Source of the DNA: Tubiluchus corallicola
Lineage: Eukaryota; Animalia; Priapulida
NCBI GenBank assembly: GCA_030141605.1
Contig: JAQGDQ010000017.1
Coordinates: forward strand, 496,001 to 560,000
Direction of reading: 5' to 3'
Length of the DNA stretch: 64,000 nt
Both the position numbers and the translations under genes were made by a program. Each line of letters begins with the position of its first letter. Positions within the stretch are counted from its first letter, which is position 1. Below the pieces are notes generated by a model. That model saw only the letters and a program-made list of their open reading frames with translations, was not told where the DNA came from and did no database searches. Below are positions 26,441 to 39,100 of this stretch, piece by piece.

Positions 26441-28536
26441 CCTTCGTCAGCAGTATAGCAGATGAAAATGTAAGAAAAGTTTATTTAATGCATCAACCCA
26501 CTATCCATTCATTATCCAGGCTCAGTACTGTTACACACAACCACACACACACACACACACAATGACCTACCACGCTATTTAACTTGCCATATACATACAG
26601 AATTTAAAAATATATGTATTTTTACTATTTAAAACATGAAGGAGGCGAAAGGTCCCGAAATAAATAAATAAATAATCTATTGTAAAGGGCATTTAACGTT
26701 TTATTCATATTTCTACTATTCAACAAGTAGCATCTCTACGTGTGCAGGCTGGTACTTTACATAGTAATAAGAATAAACACGTCTAAAAAGTGTCACAAAG
26801 GATACAGATTTTATGATAATTTATGCCACCCTGTAAAACGGTCCCGTGGGCACCCTAGTTCATAAACTGGAGCCAGTGCATTTATAACACGTTCTCACAT
26901 TACAAGTGAAACCACCACAACACACAGCGCCGCGGCGTGTATCTAGTCACAGATTTACAAATTTAAACTAGAAAGAAGCTTTTTTTCTATAGCGGCAGAA
27001 ATTTGTTGCGTCGTTAACTAAATGTTTTTGGATTGCAAACGTACTTGCACTGCGTGGTGGCAAACCTTCGAGTTACCGCCACGAGAGATCTTTGGGGGTA
27101 AACGCATGCCCTACTGACTCTCTATGAGTGACAGGGAGGCTGAGGTGAGAAATTGTGGTAACCTAGCAATCTCAACTACCCAGAAATGACGCTGACAGTT
27201 TGGCCGTAGTATCTATTTTGCTACTGTTTCTCATATTTACCTTAGACACTCAAAAATGCAAACTAGCTACTTATAAATGCAGTTTTTTTCCAACGGTTCT
27301 CTTATCCGTGGAATTGTCTGCCAGAAAATAATTTCCCTGTTAAAATACAACCTCAATAATAAGTCAACAGGTACCTCCTATCGACAGCAAATTAGCTTCA
27401 AGATTCTATTTCTGTGAGCGTATTCACCTATTTCACTTCCTTCTGATGTAATCGCTTACCCTTAGTAGTAACTGGCCTTGGTTAGGGTGATTTGTATAAA
27501 ACACAATAGGTAGCAATAGTGTATGCCTGAAGTGCAGCACTTACCTACAATGTACTACATACATAAGTAACCTATCTACAATGTTCTACATAAATAAATA
27601 GAAACCCCTTCTGTATTGTTAGATTATTTAACTCAGAGTCGATTACAAAATTCTATTTTTAGCACGCAGTAGAAGTAACTGCACTAAATCTCCAAGATTA
27701 ACTCTTTCATCAAAATTTCACGCCAACAAAATCCATTTTGGTGATAGGCTAGCAGACGCTATTAAACCTGTAAGCAGCTAAGTGTGGCACAATGCATTCG
27801 GCCAAGTTTCTTTACACCCACCTGGCTATCTTTAAACAAGTTCTAGACCCTGCGGGGCGAGCATATCTCAAGCAGCTTGGCAGTGGAAGAAAGAAACAAC
27901 ACTAGGGGGTTGGGATGGTAGGAGAGACGCAGACAGTTGCACTACAAAATAATTAAAAATTCACGAAGTAATTATATTAACCAGAAGTTCATTTTTTCAT
28001 AGTGATTTTTAGTCCAAATGTATAAAAAATGGGACTAGCAGTAAGGTGGCATAAGTCCAGAAAAGGAGGCTCCCTTTTTGATAATTGCCGTTGGAGAGTG
28101 GTCCTCTCAAAGACGCCACTCAGAAAGGCAATGGCGGTTAAATCACTTAAGACAGCAATAAAATCATGCCAGGTTCAAAATCTGAAAGAACAGAACGACA
28201 GATTTGGGAGAAAAATGACCAAGTGTCTCGAGGAACGCTTTTGTTAACAACGTTAATCAATTTCGTCACTCCACTCTGCTCTTACTAAACAAAAGGCAGG
28301 ATTAAAACTTAGAAAACATTTAATGATAACCGTACATTTGCATATTTATTGTAAAATTAGCCCACGATAAAAACATGAAAGTTCTCCAGGGCAACAATCG
28401 ATTCTAGAACCAATTAAAAAATTCATATGTAACAGTGCTATGACAGTTATATCAAAAACTGATATTCTATGGATAAACAAGTACGCCTTCAGCAGTTACA
28501 GCAAGATCAAGCCTATGAAAATAAATGATAACTTAC

Positions 28537-28674
28537 ATGATAGCATATTAAACCCTGCTGCGTGAGTGGTAGCTGGCGCACAGTACCTCTTCCCAGAGCT
28601 TCTCTTTTCCTTTGCGCACTGAATAGCCTCAATTCTGCCTTCTCTTCTTCCGACAGACTGCTGCAGTATCGAAC
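28537..28674 (-). CDS. pk: prickle coding exon 4 (end of PET, first Cys of LIM1)
   Basis: 138 nt, tttgcag|GTT...CAT|gtaagt. Translates [46 protein letters not shown]. Confidence 0.96.
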
Positions 28675-29116
28675 CTGCAAACGCAAAATTAAATTGTAAA
28701 TTACAAGAAACAGTAAAAAAGAACAAAGCATCAAAAAAGTGGTAAAAATCTAAATATTACAAAAAACAACAATTGCTTTTGATCATTTAATTGGAATAGT
28801 AAGATTTTTACTACAGAAGTCACAGACATTACACATGAATGACACTAGCAGATAAAAAACAAACGCAATAAACGGGGGCCAAATGGACCTGTGGCAACAC
28901 AGCGGACATTCAGACGCTTAAGCGAGCGGTGGACATGCTCGACTCGGAGGGAAGGAAATATTAGTGTTACAAAATAAAGTAGTTGCCAGCAAGCAAGGAA
29001 AGCTTACATTTCAAGACAAGGGTTCAAGCTGAAAGTAACAAACTCAAAGAATGCAATGATTTCAAAGCTCTGACAGATGCTGACTGTCAAACCTTAAGTA
29101 AATTAATTAAATATAC

Positions 29117-29230
29117 CTCGTTATCATGAGGAGGAAGTTGCTGCAGAAGCTGTTTTATTCGATACTTTTCTCCAATCGAGTTCACATAGGGTACTTTGTC
29201 TTCTGGTAGTGCACACATGTATTGATGAAC
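29117..29230 (-). CDS. pk: prickle coding exon 3 (PET domain)
   Basis: 114 nt, ctag|GTT...GAG|gtat. Translates [38 protein letters not shown]. Confidence 0.96.
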
Positions 29231-29679
29231 CTAGGTCAGAAAAAAGGAATCAATTTGTAACAGTTCGTAAAGGAATCAGGAATCAATACTGATTACAGTC
29301 TGTAACAATGATACAGCACAGTTGCTGTAGGTCAAATGTTAAGTGTACCACAGCAACGCGTCTTAACTATAACCGTCACGCGACGTGTGGTAAAGCAAAG
29401 TCTGCCGCATCAGTTCAGTATCGCCAGTTGTTTTACATTGACTCACTAGCTTGAAGAACTAGAAAAAATGAACCTAGGTAAGGTTCTTGCTAGCTGTTAA
29501 AACTGTTACTATTATCATAGCACGGGCTGTAAGACGTTGTCAAGTGTACACAAATGCGCTGTCTGGTACACTTAACCTTTGACCTTTTCACAATCATCAT
29601 CAATCATTTCAACTGTGAAAAGCCTTATTCAGTAAATAGAATGACAATGATCATGGTTTGATCATTGTTTTATTGTTAC

Positions 29680-29863
29680 CTGCTCGGGTTTGAGTCCAGG
29701 TGGCACCCATGTGTATTCTTCAAGGACGCAACCGCTGTCATCATCAGACGCGGAGTTGACGTTAGCATGGACATCCAAGAGGAGCTTAGAGGCACTTCGC
29801 TCTGGGTCCATCATGCCGACGCCATGGTCCTCTCTTGAACATTTGCAGTGACGGCATATTTTC
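29680..29863 (-). CDS. pk: prickle coding exon 2 (end of Cys-rich region, start of PET domain)
   Basis: 184 nt, ttttcag|G...GAGCAG|gtaac. Translates (R)[61 protein letters not shown], containing the Prickle signature SDDDSGCxLEEYxWVPPGL. Confidence 0.96.
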
Positions 29864-30263
29864 CTGAAAAAATTAAAGGAACAGGTTAGGATTTAGGAGA
29901 TACTGAAATGGACACTTGTATGCTCAATGAAGAGAAAATGTACTCTCAGGCTGGGACTACAATGGCAAGATGACTTGAACTACACCTATGTACTTATCCG
30001 AAAACAATTTTTTGTCAGAATACTACATAAAAAAATTACTGTGAAAACATGGCAGAGCTGGAAATGAATTATTAGTGGGATCGTCAGCCATCACCCACTT
30101 GATACACAGCTAGTCTGACTCAACTCACTCGAACCTACGACCCACAAGAAAAAGACATTGACTCAAACTACCTAGGACATATAACCTACCTACCTACTCT
30201 TCCTCTTTGCAAATGTCACAATCAGGACTAAGTTAAAATGACTGGAACACAATTACTGGAAGT

Positions 30264-30378
30264 AGTTTACAATTCCCCACACAATTTAAATAGGCTAACC
30301 CTAGCCCTAATCCCAACCAACACCCTAATCGTATTCCACTTCTAGAATTAATTTCTTGTGTGTGGGGAATTGCAAACT
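30264..30378. mobile_element. Short inverted-repeat element enclosing degenerate CCCTAA repeats (HINE/Helentron-like or MITE)
   Basis: AGTTTACAATTCCCCACACA / TGTGTGGGGAATTGCAAACT match at 19/20 and surround CTAACCCTAGCCCTAATCCCAACC...CCCTAA. Confidence 0.55.
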
Positions 30379-33300
30379 TTAGGTCAATTACTAATCAATG
30401 ACCGAACTCAGTGTCACAATGTACAACAAAAAATGTGTAACTCCACAGTCCAGCAACAATGAACGAGTTAAGGGACGCACGAATGGGAAGCAAAGCTGGA
30501 ATCTAATTTTTTATAACATTTCAGAACCGAAAATAACATACATCATCATTTAAACATTAACACCTAACAGCCCTGCCCTGTTCTTACATCGTATTCTACA
30601 AGGACCAATGATTAATTATTCCAGAGGAGGCTGCACCTGCCCACTTAGTACATCGTAAGTGAAATGGAGATATTTTACCGACTCTGGTGACAAAATTCGA
30701 CATCATCATCAACTGTGACAAAGCCACACTTTTGCAGCTTGATGATATATGGGCATTGCGCTGCAACAAAACTGAATTGGTTTTCAGTTGACGACAATAT
30801 CCACCAACTTATCTGTGGCCATAAATCTTGGCCAAATTATTTCAGCCTCCAATAGAAATATAACGTGCGTTCGTGACTTGACATGCTTTCAGACTAGCAG
30901 TGGCAAAGAGAGATGTACCATTTAAAACTCATTAAGTTCTCTGAATGAACAGGAAACAAACCAAACTTTATTTAGGTGCCTATGTTCTACATAAAAAAGC
31001 AAGAAAAAACATTTAAAAGAAAATCATAATGTTTCTGTTACAGCACGAGAACGAGTTAATATTATGCAATGTAAATCACGTATAATTATGTTGATACACA
31101 ATTTTCGGAAATAAATTCTTTTTCACATTCGATGTTGAAACAATTACACGTGAAGAACTATGATAAAGATGAAATCCCTTTTTTCACTAATTGTAAATTT
31201 CGTCCAGTAAAATCAGCAATGTTAAATGTTAATTTTACTAACTCGAAAACCTCAGCAATAAAATGAAATCCGAGTTCTTGATTATGCATGACAAATTGAG
31301 CTGCTCATGAATGATAATCAGGCCAAAACTGAACAGACGTGCTTTGAAACAGAACGAAGGATCAGTTCGCGAAATGTTTGGGTCAGTTTTCAACGGCGAA
31401 CGGCTGATAAGAAGGGACAATTGACATTGCCAACATGTTATTATCATAGGCTATCATTACACGATGACCTTACAGAATGTAATGAATGTTTTTGGCCACG
31501 GTTTTTGAGGTCAGTTCTTGAACTGTTTCACTAAAACACGTGTATGGTAAACATAGGTGTTAATTAAAAATGGCAACTGCTATTTTAATGGCCATGAAAG
31601 TCGCGAGAAGGCGGCCAGCTTAACTGCAAATTTTCAATCTACACATTTCAAAACATCAATAAACAAACAATAATGCAACAATTTCTATAGATAGTGATCT
31701 GTTCTCAGAATGCTTAAAGGGACACACAAGGATAACAAGACTATTTATTCTAATTTCCACATGGATTCCCAAGAAGACAAACAAGAGTGCCACGCAACCC
31801 TCGTATACCAAGTGACTGCTCACCGAATGCTTACGAGGACTTACTACGCTAACAAGACTGCTCTAACTTCTACAAGCATTTCCAGTACTGTATAACAACA
31901 ACATCACAATAAAAAATCACGAAAGATTAAAAAATACAATCTGCCTAATATTACAATAATTTGGAAAGGCTGAGAAGCCCGTACAAGGGATAGTATGGTC
32001 AAATAACTATGTACCCATATCAGTACGGACGGGCATATGAGATGGCTCCCCATACAAGCGGTTTCTCTACTATCATAGATACGCCATTAAACGACCGATG
32101 ATTAATCATCACGGGCCACCAGCGTCACGTCAACTGGCGTCAGCGGGTCTGCTGCATACCAAGTAATTTAATTAATATTCATAATTAGTCATGCATAATT
32201 AATGAGCTATCGCACGGCGGTCTGGCAAACTGATTGAAGTGTTTGCGAGGAAGAGGAGAATAGTGGTTTATATGACACCTCCGCGGGGACGGGAATTGCA
32301 TCGATTTGTAGGCATTAAAAATGAAAGCTCCAAAATAAGCGGGTTGCATGTTTCAATGTTTAGCACACGAGGAAAGTATCTGACGCCTTGGGAGAGAACA
32401 GTAGAAATGCTAAATAGGTTTTCATTCGGAACTGGTGCTGACAAGCTGTCAGGCACAGCAGTATCTAATATTTATTTGACAAGCTGCTGTGTTTACCTGT
32501 TTTGCATAATGTCTTTTGTTTCAAAATATTGCCTACCTACCCACTGATTGTAATAAACGTAATGAATATATAAAACCTATTAAAAATGAAAACTCTAAGA
32601 ATCTAAAATAGGTAGATTTTATTGTTTGGTGCAGAAAAACTGTTTGGTGAGAACCAAGTACTGCAGGATTTTTGAGACGAAACGCAAGTGACATTCAGTA
32701 GTCACAATAATGATACCTATTGTACTAAACACAGTTCATCACAGATTAGCTAAGCAAAAACTGTACGATATGTCACTGATTTCATTGTGAGGTAGGAAGC
32801 AGCAACTGTGCATGCTCTGCATTTAAAATCCAATCTTTTGAAGCTTAAGCTGGAACCACGAACCACTGAAGTCGCGTTGAACTAAAAGACTTCTAACAAC
32901 GCCAAGTATGTTACGTCGTAACGTACGTCGTACATTGTACACGGGGGTTTCACAAAATTGTACGAGTTCGCACCATGATGGACTATTACTTCAATTACAT
33001 AACAACTTTATGGAACTAGCTCAATGAGGCCAAACGTTGAAGTTAAAAATGTTTATTTAAGGGCACAAATGTCTACCATCTCATTGAAAAAAGACAGTCA
33101 AACCCCCAGAAGACTTCCAAGCGCCAAGACTATATTAGCAGCAAGAAATGGGAAGAGAGACATGGCAAAGCATTTCGGAAGCAAGAGTCTTTTCCTCTAA
33201 TTACACTAGTTTAACAAGCGCCATGCCGTCTATTCATTTCTTGTGAGTTTTCTCTGAAGTCAACTAATTCAAAACAGCTGGCCAGATTCTGCCTACATGG

Positions 33301-34077
33301 TGCACAGGCCAAATAAGAGCTACATTTGCAACAATTAAAATTTGCAGCAATCTAATCACGTAAATAACAATAAAGTCCCACAGTTTCGATGAAATATTTT
33401 TTAATCAAATTCTTTAAAGCGTAAAAGTGAACTAAAGAGTAATTAAACATTTCTAATTAATGCATTTTTGTTTGTTAGTGTTGAAGATAAAAGACAAGAG
33501 TCCAATATGTTATTTGGCTCAACTACTTATCGAAAGTTCCTGAACGAGAAAGTAATTGAAGGAAAATAATGATACAAAATACTAGACTTGGAAGGGAAAT
33601 TGCGGACCAATTCTCTGTTACTAGAGTCACTAGGCTAAAATAACCAAAACAACAACAATAGTGATGTTAAATAATCTCAGTGTCTTATATATATATATAT
33701 ATATTGTCTTATATGTCTCAGATACTTGCTTCTAAAGTTAGCCAATGGCTTGCTTTAAGAGATGTGGCATAAACCAGCGTTGCAATGTTAAATCCGTAAC
33801 GCCTCTACAGCCAATACACTCAACCACCCTGTTCTAGTCCCCCTATATTTACACGTCCAGCAATAAAACAATATTGAACCAACTGCCAAGACTTTCGCAT
33901 CCTAATTAAACAAAAAGTTCCATTTCTGACCACAGTGGAAAAAAGTTTGCCCAGCAATTTAACTGTTTACACACTTCAGTAGAAGAAAAAACAAACTTCA
34001 GTGATCACAGCCAAGTGACCTAGACTTTGGACAGATGCTAACAAGGTATTTCGGAATGACATGGAAAGGATATTTAA

Positions 34078-34604
34078 AGGAAAGGACAAGTCACTCAGTA
34101 TGTTGTGTTTATTTTACAGTTATCACTTGAACTTAGAAAAATATACTAAAGAAATTTACAAAGAACTATCTATAAGGCATAAATTTAAAATATACGATCT
34201 TTGAATAGATCATTTGAGGCGTGGTGGTTGCCGCTGTTCACTCATGATGTAACTGGGAGACTTCGCGACTTTTCGAAAGCGCTGCTTAAACTAATTTAAA
34301 CTTCTGCAGCTTACATAGCTTCCACGTAAAAATATTGAAAAATTAGCTATCTATTTTTTTCTTGTAAAAACTTATTACACTTTTGACGAAGATTGACAGT
34401 GCGCCACTTCTCTCCAGGACGAATGACGTCGTTGGAAGAAGAATGGGCATTGAAAATGGGAGCGCCGAAGCACGAAGTGGACGCGACTTTAAAGTGATTT
34501 TATTAATTACACGAGGCGCTTATTACACTTTTATTACTAAATACTTCTAACATTTTTCGCGAAATTGAAATAAGCCTAACTTCCTAGAAGGCGTGGCCTT
34601 TCCT
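34078..34604 (-). mobile_element. Kolobok/T2-like MITE, copy 2 (527 bp), inverted relative to copy 1
   Basis: TTAA|AGGAAAGG...CCTTTCCT|TTAA. ATAAGCCTAACTTCCTAGAAGGCGTGGCCT matches copy 1 at 29/30 in reverse complement, and AACTTCTGCAGCTTAC matches at 16/16. Confidence 0.85.
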
Positions 34605-36065
34605 TTAAAGTTCATATTATCCAGTCCTAAATAATTCTTAAAGGCCACGAAAGGAATTTCAGTAAGGCATTCATCGTGTCTTCCTAAAACAAACGGGTAT
34701 TCGCGGCTCTGACTACCAAGCTCATTCGTAGGGTATGAAGGGGAAGATGGATCTCTAGTCTTCAAGAAAGGGAAACTGTGACGACTAAGTGACCAATGAA
34801 TTCGTTTAAAAGTGAAAATAGTTTTTAGTGACAAGATTCCGCAATTGACAGCCAAAGTCTTTCCCTTGTGTGGTACAAGTTCCATTACCATTATAATATT
34901 ATCCAATTTATTGCTTAAGTAGGGAGGTGCAGTGGTACTTTAGCCAGACTTCCAAAATGATCAAAAGATGCGTGCATAACTCAATAGAAAGTGAACAATG
35001 AAAAGGTTGTATAACAGAATAAAATGGAAAAGCTAACCATTCTTCAGTTAAACCTCAAAGCGAACTATGTACAATGAGCGTACCATCTCCTTTGATCTAC
35101 CTAATTCGTTTACGTCAAGAGAATTTACCTCAAGAAACCATTGTTAACCACATGAATAAGGTTTTTACCTAATACTCTGACATTGTAGATTTGCTAAAAC
35201 ACCGAATTCGACTTTGGTCGATAAAATTTGGACATGCCAAAGGACAGTTTAATGGACACTTGCAAGCTAAATGGTATGGATAAGTTCATCAGGTTCTATT
35301 ATACTGAGTACTCTGCAACCCAACTTTTACCATTCACAGCATTTTACCATGATGGTTCTACCAGGTTCATTTGTCTCTTGTAGTTCAGGACAACATTTAT
35401 GGGTAAATCAGCAAATTAGTGGGCATGCAAAGAACACACAGAAGATTTTTTGGGACATACTTTAAAACTGTCTTTTTGTTCCTTGTGATACCCGTATAAA
35501 GTGACATTGGAGGCTCTTGGAGGCTTGCAGCTCCAATGTGCGATTTTTCTGAGAAAAGGGTTATCAAAAGTGGATGTAAGACCTATTAGAAAAGATTGTC
35601 TGATGAAAATGTCTTTTGTGTTTCACGTCTTTTTATTTAAATTTTTACAACATTTAAAACAGCTCGTTTGCTTTAATTAAAGCCCCAAGCCCTCGCAGTC
35701 AAAGTAGTGGTACAAAAATGATTACCTCATGGCATTAGTCAGTTTCTGAATGTAAAGTATTTGTTTCAAAGGTTTACGATTAGACCACAAGTCTAAGATA
35801 GCCTTAGGTTTGGAGGCTCCAAAGGACGAGTTCTACTGAGCTGACAGAGCTTTTACCACAAACATACCCTTAAATCACCAGGGGCAAGCAACGAAGCGCT
35901 GAGGCCATTTTACAACAATTATATTTATGATAGGCTAACAAAAAACTGACTATCATAAAATGACCAATATAATGTATGTCATCGGACGTAAATCTTTAGG
36001 CAATATAACGCAAATTTTACAATACTTAATAAAAATAAAAATGATAAATTCTTAATACGGCTTAC

Positions 36066-36133
36066 CTCCAGAAATGTGGCGCGAACCCGGGACAGGCCTC
36101 ACCACACTTGGTGCAAGGCTTTCCCCTGTCCAT
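36066..36133 (-). CDS. pk: prickle coding exon 1 (exon spans 36066-36145; Testin/PRICKLE3-like Cys-rich N-terminus)
   Basis: The minus strand reads ttttgttatgtttcag|GAT CCA TTC AGC ATG...TTC TGG AG|gtaag. It translates (DPFS)MDRGKPCTKCGEACPGFAPHFW(R), matching the GxPCxxCxxxCxGFxxHFWRK motif. The ATG context is strong (AGCATGG), and the phase-2 end fits the next exon. Confidence 0.88.
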
Positions 36134-39100
36134 GCTGAATGGATCCTGAAACATAACAAAACACTAATCAAAATGAGCTACAAGTGACTGACACAAAACT
36201 GAAAATCTTACGCATTTATTTTAGTTTTTAACAGGGTTTTGCAGTGGAGCACTGAAACGACGCATTTTTATACTGTGTGACTCTTTTATCAATATACAAA
36301 GCCGGATTATCCTGTAGGCTAGCATGGGCTGTAGCCTAGGCCCTTCAAGCTTTGGTAACATCAAACTATTTGGTAAAAAAATCAGTTTCTTCACTACGGT
36401 CGTGCTGAAATATGTGCTAATTTTGTTTGCAATAAATAGTACTAGCAATTTTTCTTAAGGAATATTTTTATTGACAGCTATTCTAATTTATTCAAAGAAT
36501 ATGCAATAAGTTTACTTCAAGTATGTAAATGTCGCTAAAATATATCACGAGTAAAACATTTTCAAGACAGGTGTAGGCGAGTAAGAGGGTGGCCCCGTCA
36601 GATGGGCCCCATTATTTCATTAGTCTTTTTTATTGATGCACACTTGTTAAACTGACCTGCCTAAGAATGAATACTGGGTCCTCGTAAAGTGGTTGTGAGC
36701 CAATCAGTCCACACCAGACAGGCATTATGACCAATCAAGTTTTGTGACCAATTGTAAAAGTCACGTACAACAATAAACAAAACATCATCGAAACTCACAG
36801 GTTGAGTGGTAATGAAATTTTTACAATCGATATGTCGATTATTTCAATTACTTTTCATTACAAATCGAATTTTTCATAGATCACTGAATATTGCAGTCGA
36901 ACTAGTTCTGTGAAACGTCACAATCTGTTGAAGACATATTCACACAGCAGAAGTTGCACGGGCTGTCAAAAAGCGACTTCACAACACGAGGTACACCTAA
37001 AAATGAAACAGTTTCTCGGATTTTTCAACTAATGAAGGAAAATAGCCGCAGTCTTTCTTCTCAAAAGAAAAGTCAGCATTCACGTCAAAACCCTGCGCAG
37101 TTACCTGATACTGTGCCAACCGACAGCACAGCGGCAGGCCTTTCAAAGCCTAGTCGAAGATTAGTTTGGAAATCATCGCCCTATTATTAACATATTTTAA
37201 AATAACACCGCCAGCTGAACAGAGTACAGCACTGAACAGAGAAATACACAAGTAAGGTCCTTAGTGTTCCCCAAGGCACTCAAAGAGACAAGACGTTGTC
37301 AAGGAGTGATGGTCAGCTAATCAGTCAACCGAAATCCATTTCCTCCATGGAATAACAAAAAGTGTATCAAAGTATAATAATCTTATTTAAATGGACTTAT
37401 CGCATGTACGCCATAATTAAATGTTTTTTGGATTGGCCGAATCAATGTCCAAATTTATCATTTAAATTGGTAATTAGCAGTGACAGGTGTGCAATTAATT
37501 TATAATTACCTGCAACACACAACGTTACAACATTATTAGGTGCTACGCCGCGACCCAGATGAAAACAACAACAACAATGAACTCATCTGTCATGTGTATG
37601 GTGGCAGTCCTCAATAAATTATAATGGATTACTGTATGTCCATTGCGGGTCATTTTGATAAGGTCGTTTCTCATTTTAAGGACAGGTTGACCGGCCATGG
37701 AACTTTTCGTGTCGTCAACAGCGACTAAAGAATACGAAAAGGTAAAAGAAGTTTATTAAGAACCGTCTTGATCTAGTTAAAAATTAACAACCGTATTGGC
37801 AAATCAGACAGTGACGCCTATTTCAGTGTAGGTGGTAATTAAGTACAAGGTAGTCCGCGTAAAAGAGGAGCTTGTTTTCAGTGGTTTGTGGTTGGCCAAA
37901 AGGAATGCATAAATATGAGCTCGAAACAATACAAGAGCAGGTACAAGCATTGCAAATCTACTTTTACTTTTATCCTGACCTATATCTTGTAGTATGATCG
38001 GAACTTGGAATAATGACATCTCGAGCATGCTGACAAAGAATGATGTTCTTCCGCGGGCACTAGGACCTATGTAACTGATTATTATCAGGTGATCACCAAT
38101 AAAGACAGAAAAGAATTTGATAGAGGCGACATTCTTGTTCCAGCGACATCAGGTAATTCGCAGATGCATGGTCAAGGTAATGACTAGCAGCCATAACTAA
38201 AAATGCATTTTATGTTGTTTGGAGGTGTGGCACTGTGGCACGCTTCTTTTAATTTTCTGTATTTTGATTACACTTTGTAGAAGTTTTAAAAAACTTCCGC
38301 GGGCGAAGAAAAAGCGGCCAACTATTTTCTAAGGCCTTAGAACACAGGTCTATACAGGGCCAACTTTTTTCTAACAATGCTGTTGCTGCTGCCGCTGTCA
38401 TTATAGTTGTCGTTCTTCTTTTGGGCAAATGTTGAACCATACATTCTATGACTGAACTGCGATGACATTTTATGTAATATCAGACTTTTTCGATGGCGGC
38501 GCTGGATTTTGGATGTGATATTCGATAAGGGCCAAGTAGCAAGCACAGAAAAACTGCAGGTTGTGGGTATTGATCATGATAACACTTCAGCAATTCAAGA
38601 ACATACATTTGTAATCACCCTAGCCTAAGTTTCACTCGCAAATACATTCAGATAACTTTTTTGAAGATTAGACAATCTCGCCTTTAGTGTACATCACCAC
38701 CATCCATCAAAGAAACGCGGTAGTGCACGCCAAACTGTCCAGCTGTTCTTTTCCAGCCCTTTATTCATTATATTGTTATTTACCGAAGACTTTTGTTGTT
38801 TACAGAAACCGCCAAGCAAAACAAGGAAGAAGAAAGCACGAGGCCTTATCAACGTTAAGCCCTAGGAAGAGCGCGTGAAGAGATAGCTGCCCTGCTAAAT
38901 GCTTAAAACAAGGAACTGATACGTATCAATGCCACTGATATCCTTAACACTGACACCAGTATCCTCAGCAAAAGAACAGACTCGTAAGCATTGCAGAAGA
39001 TTCTATCAGAGCCACGTTTTTAACTAAGTCATGAAACACCATCAACACAACACGGTTGAACCACAAGCAAATATCTAACTAGAATGCTCAATATTTAGCA

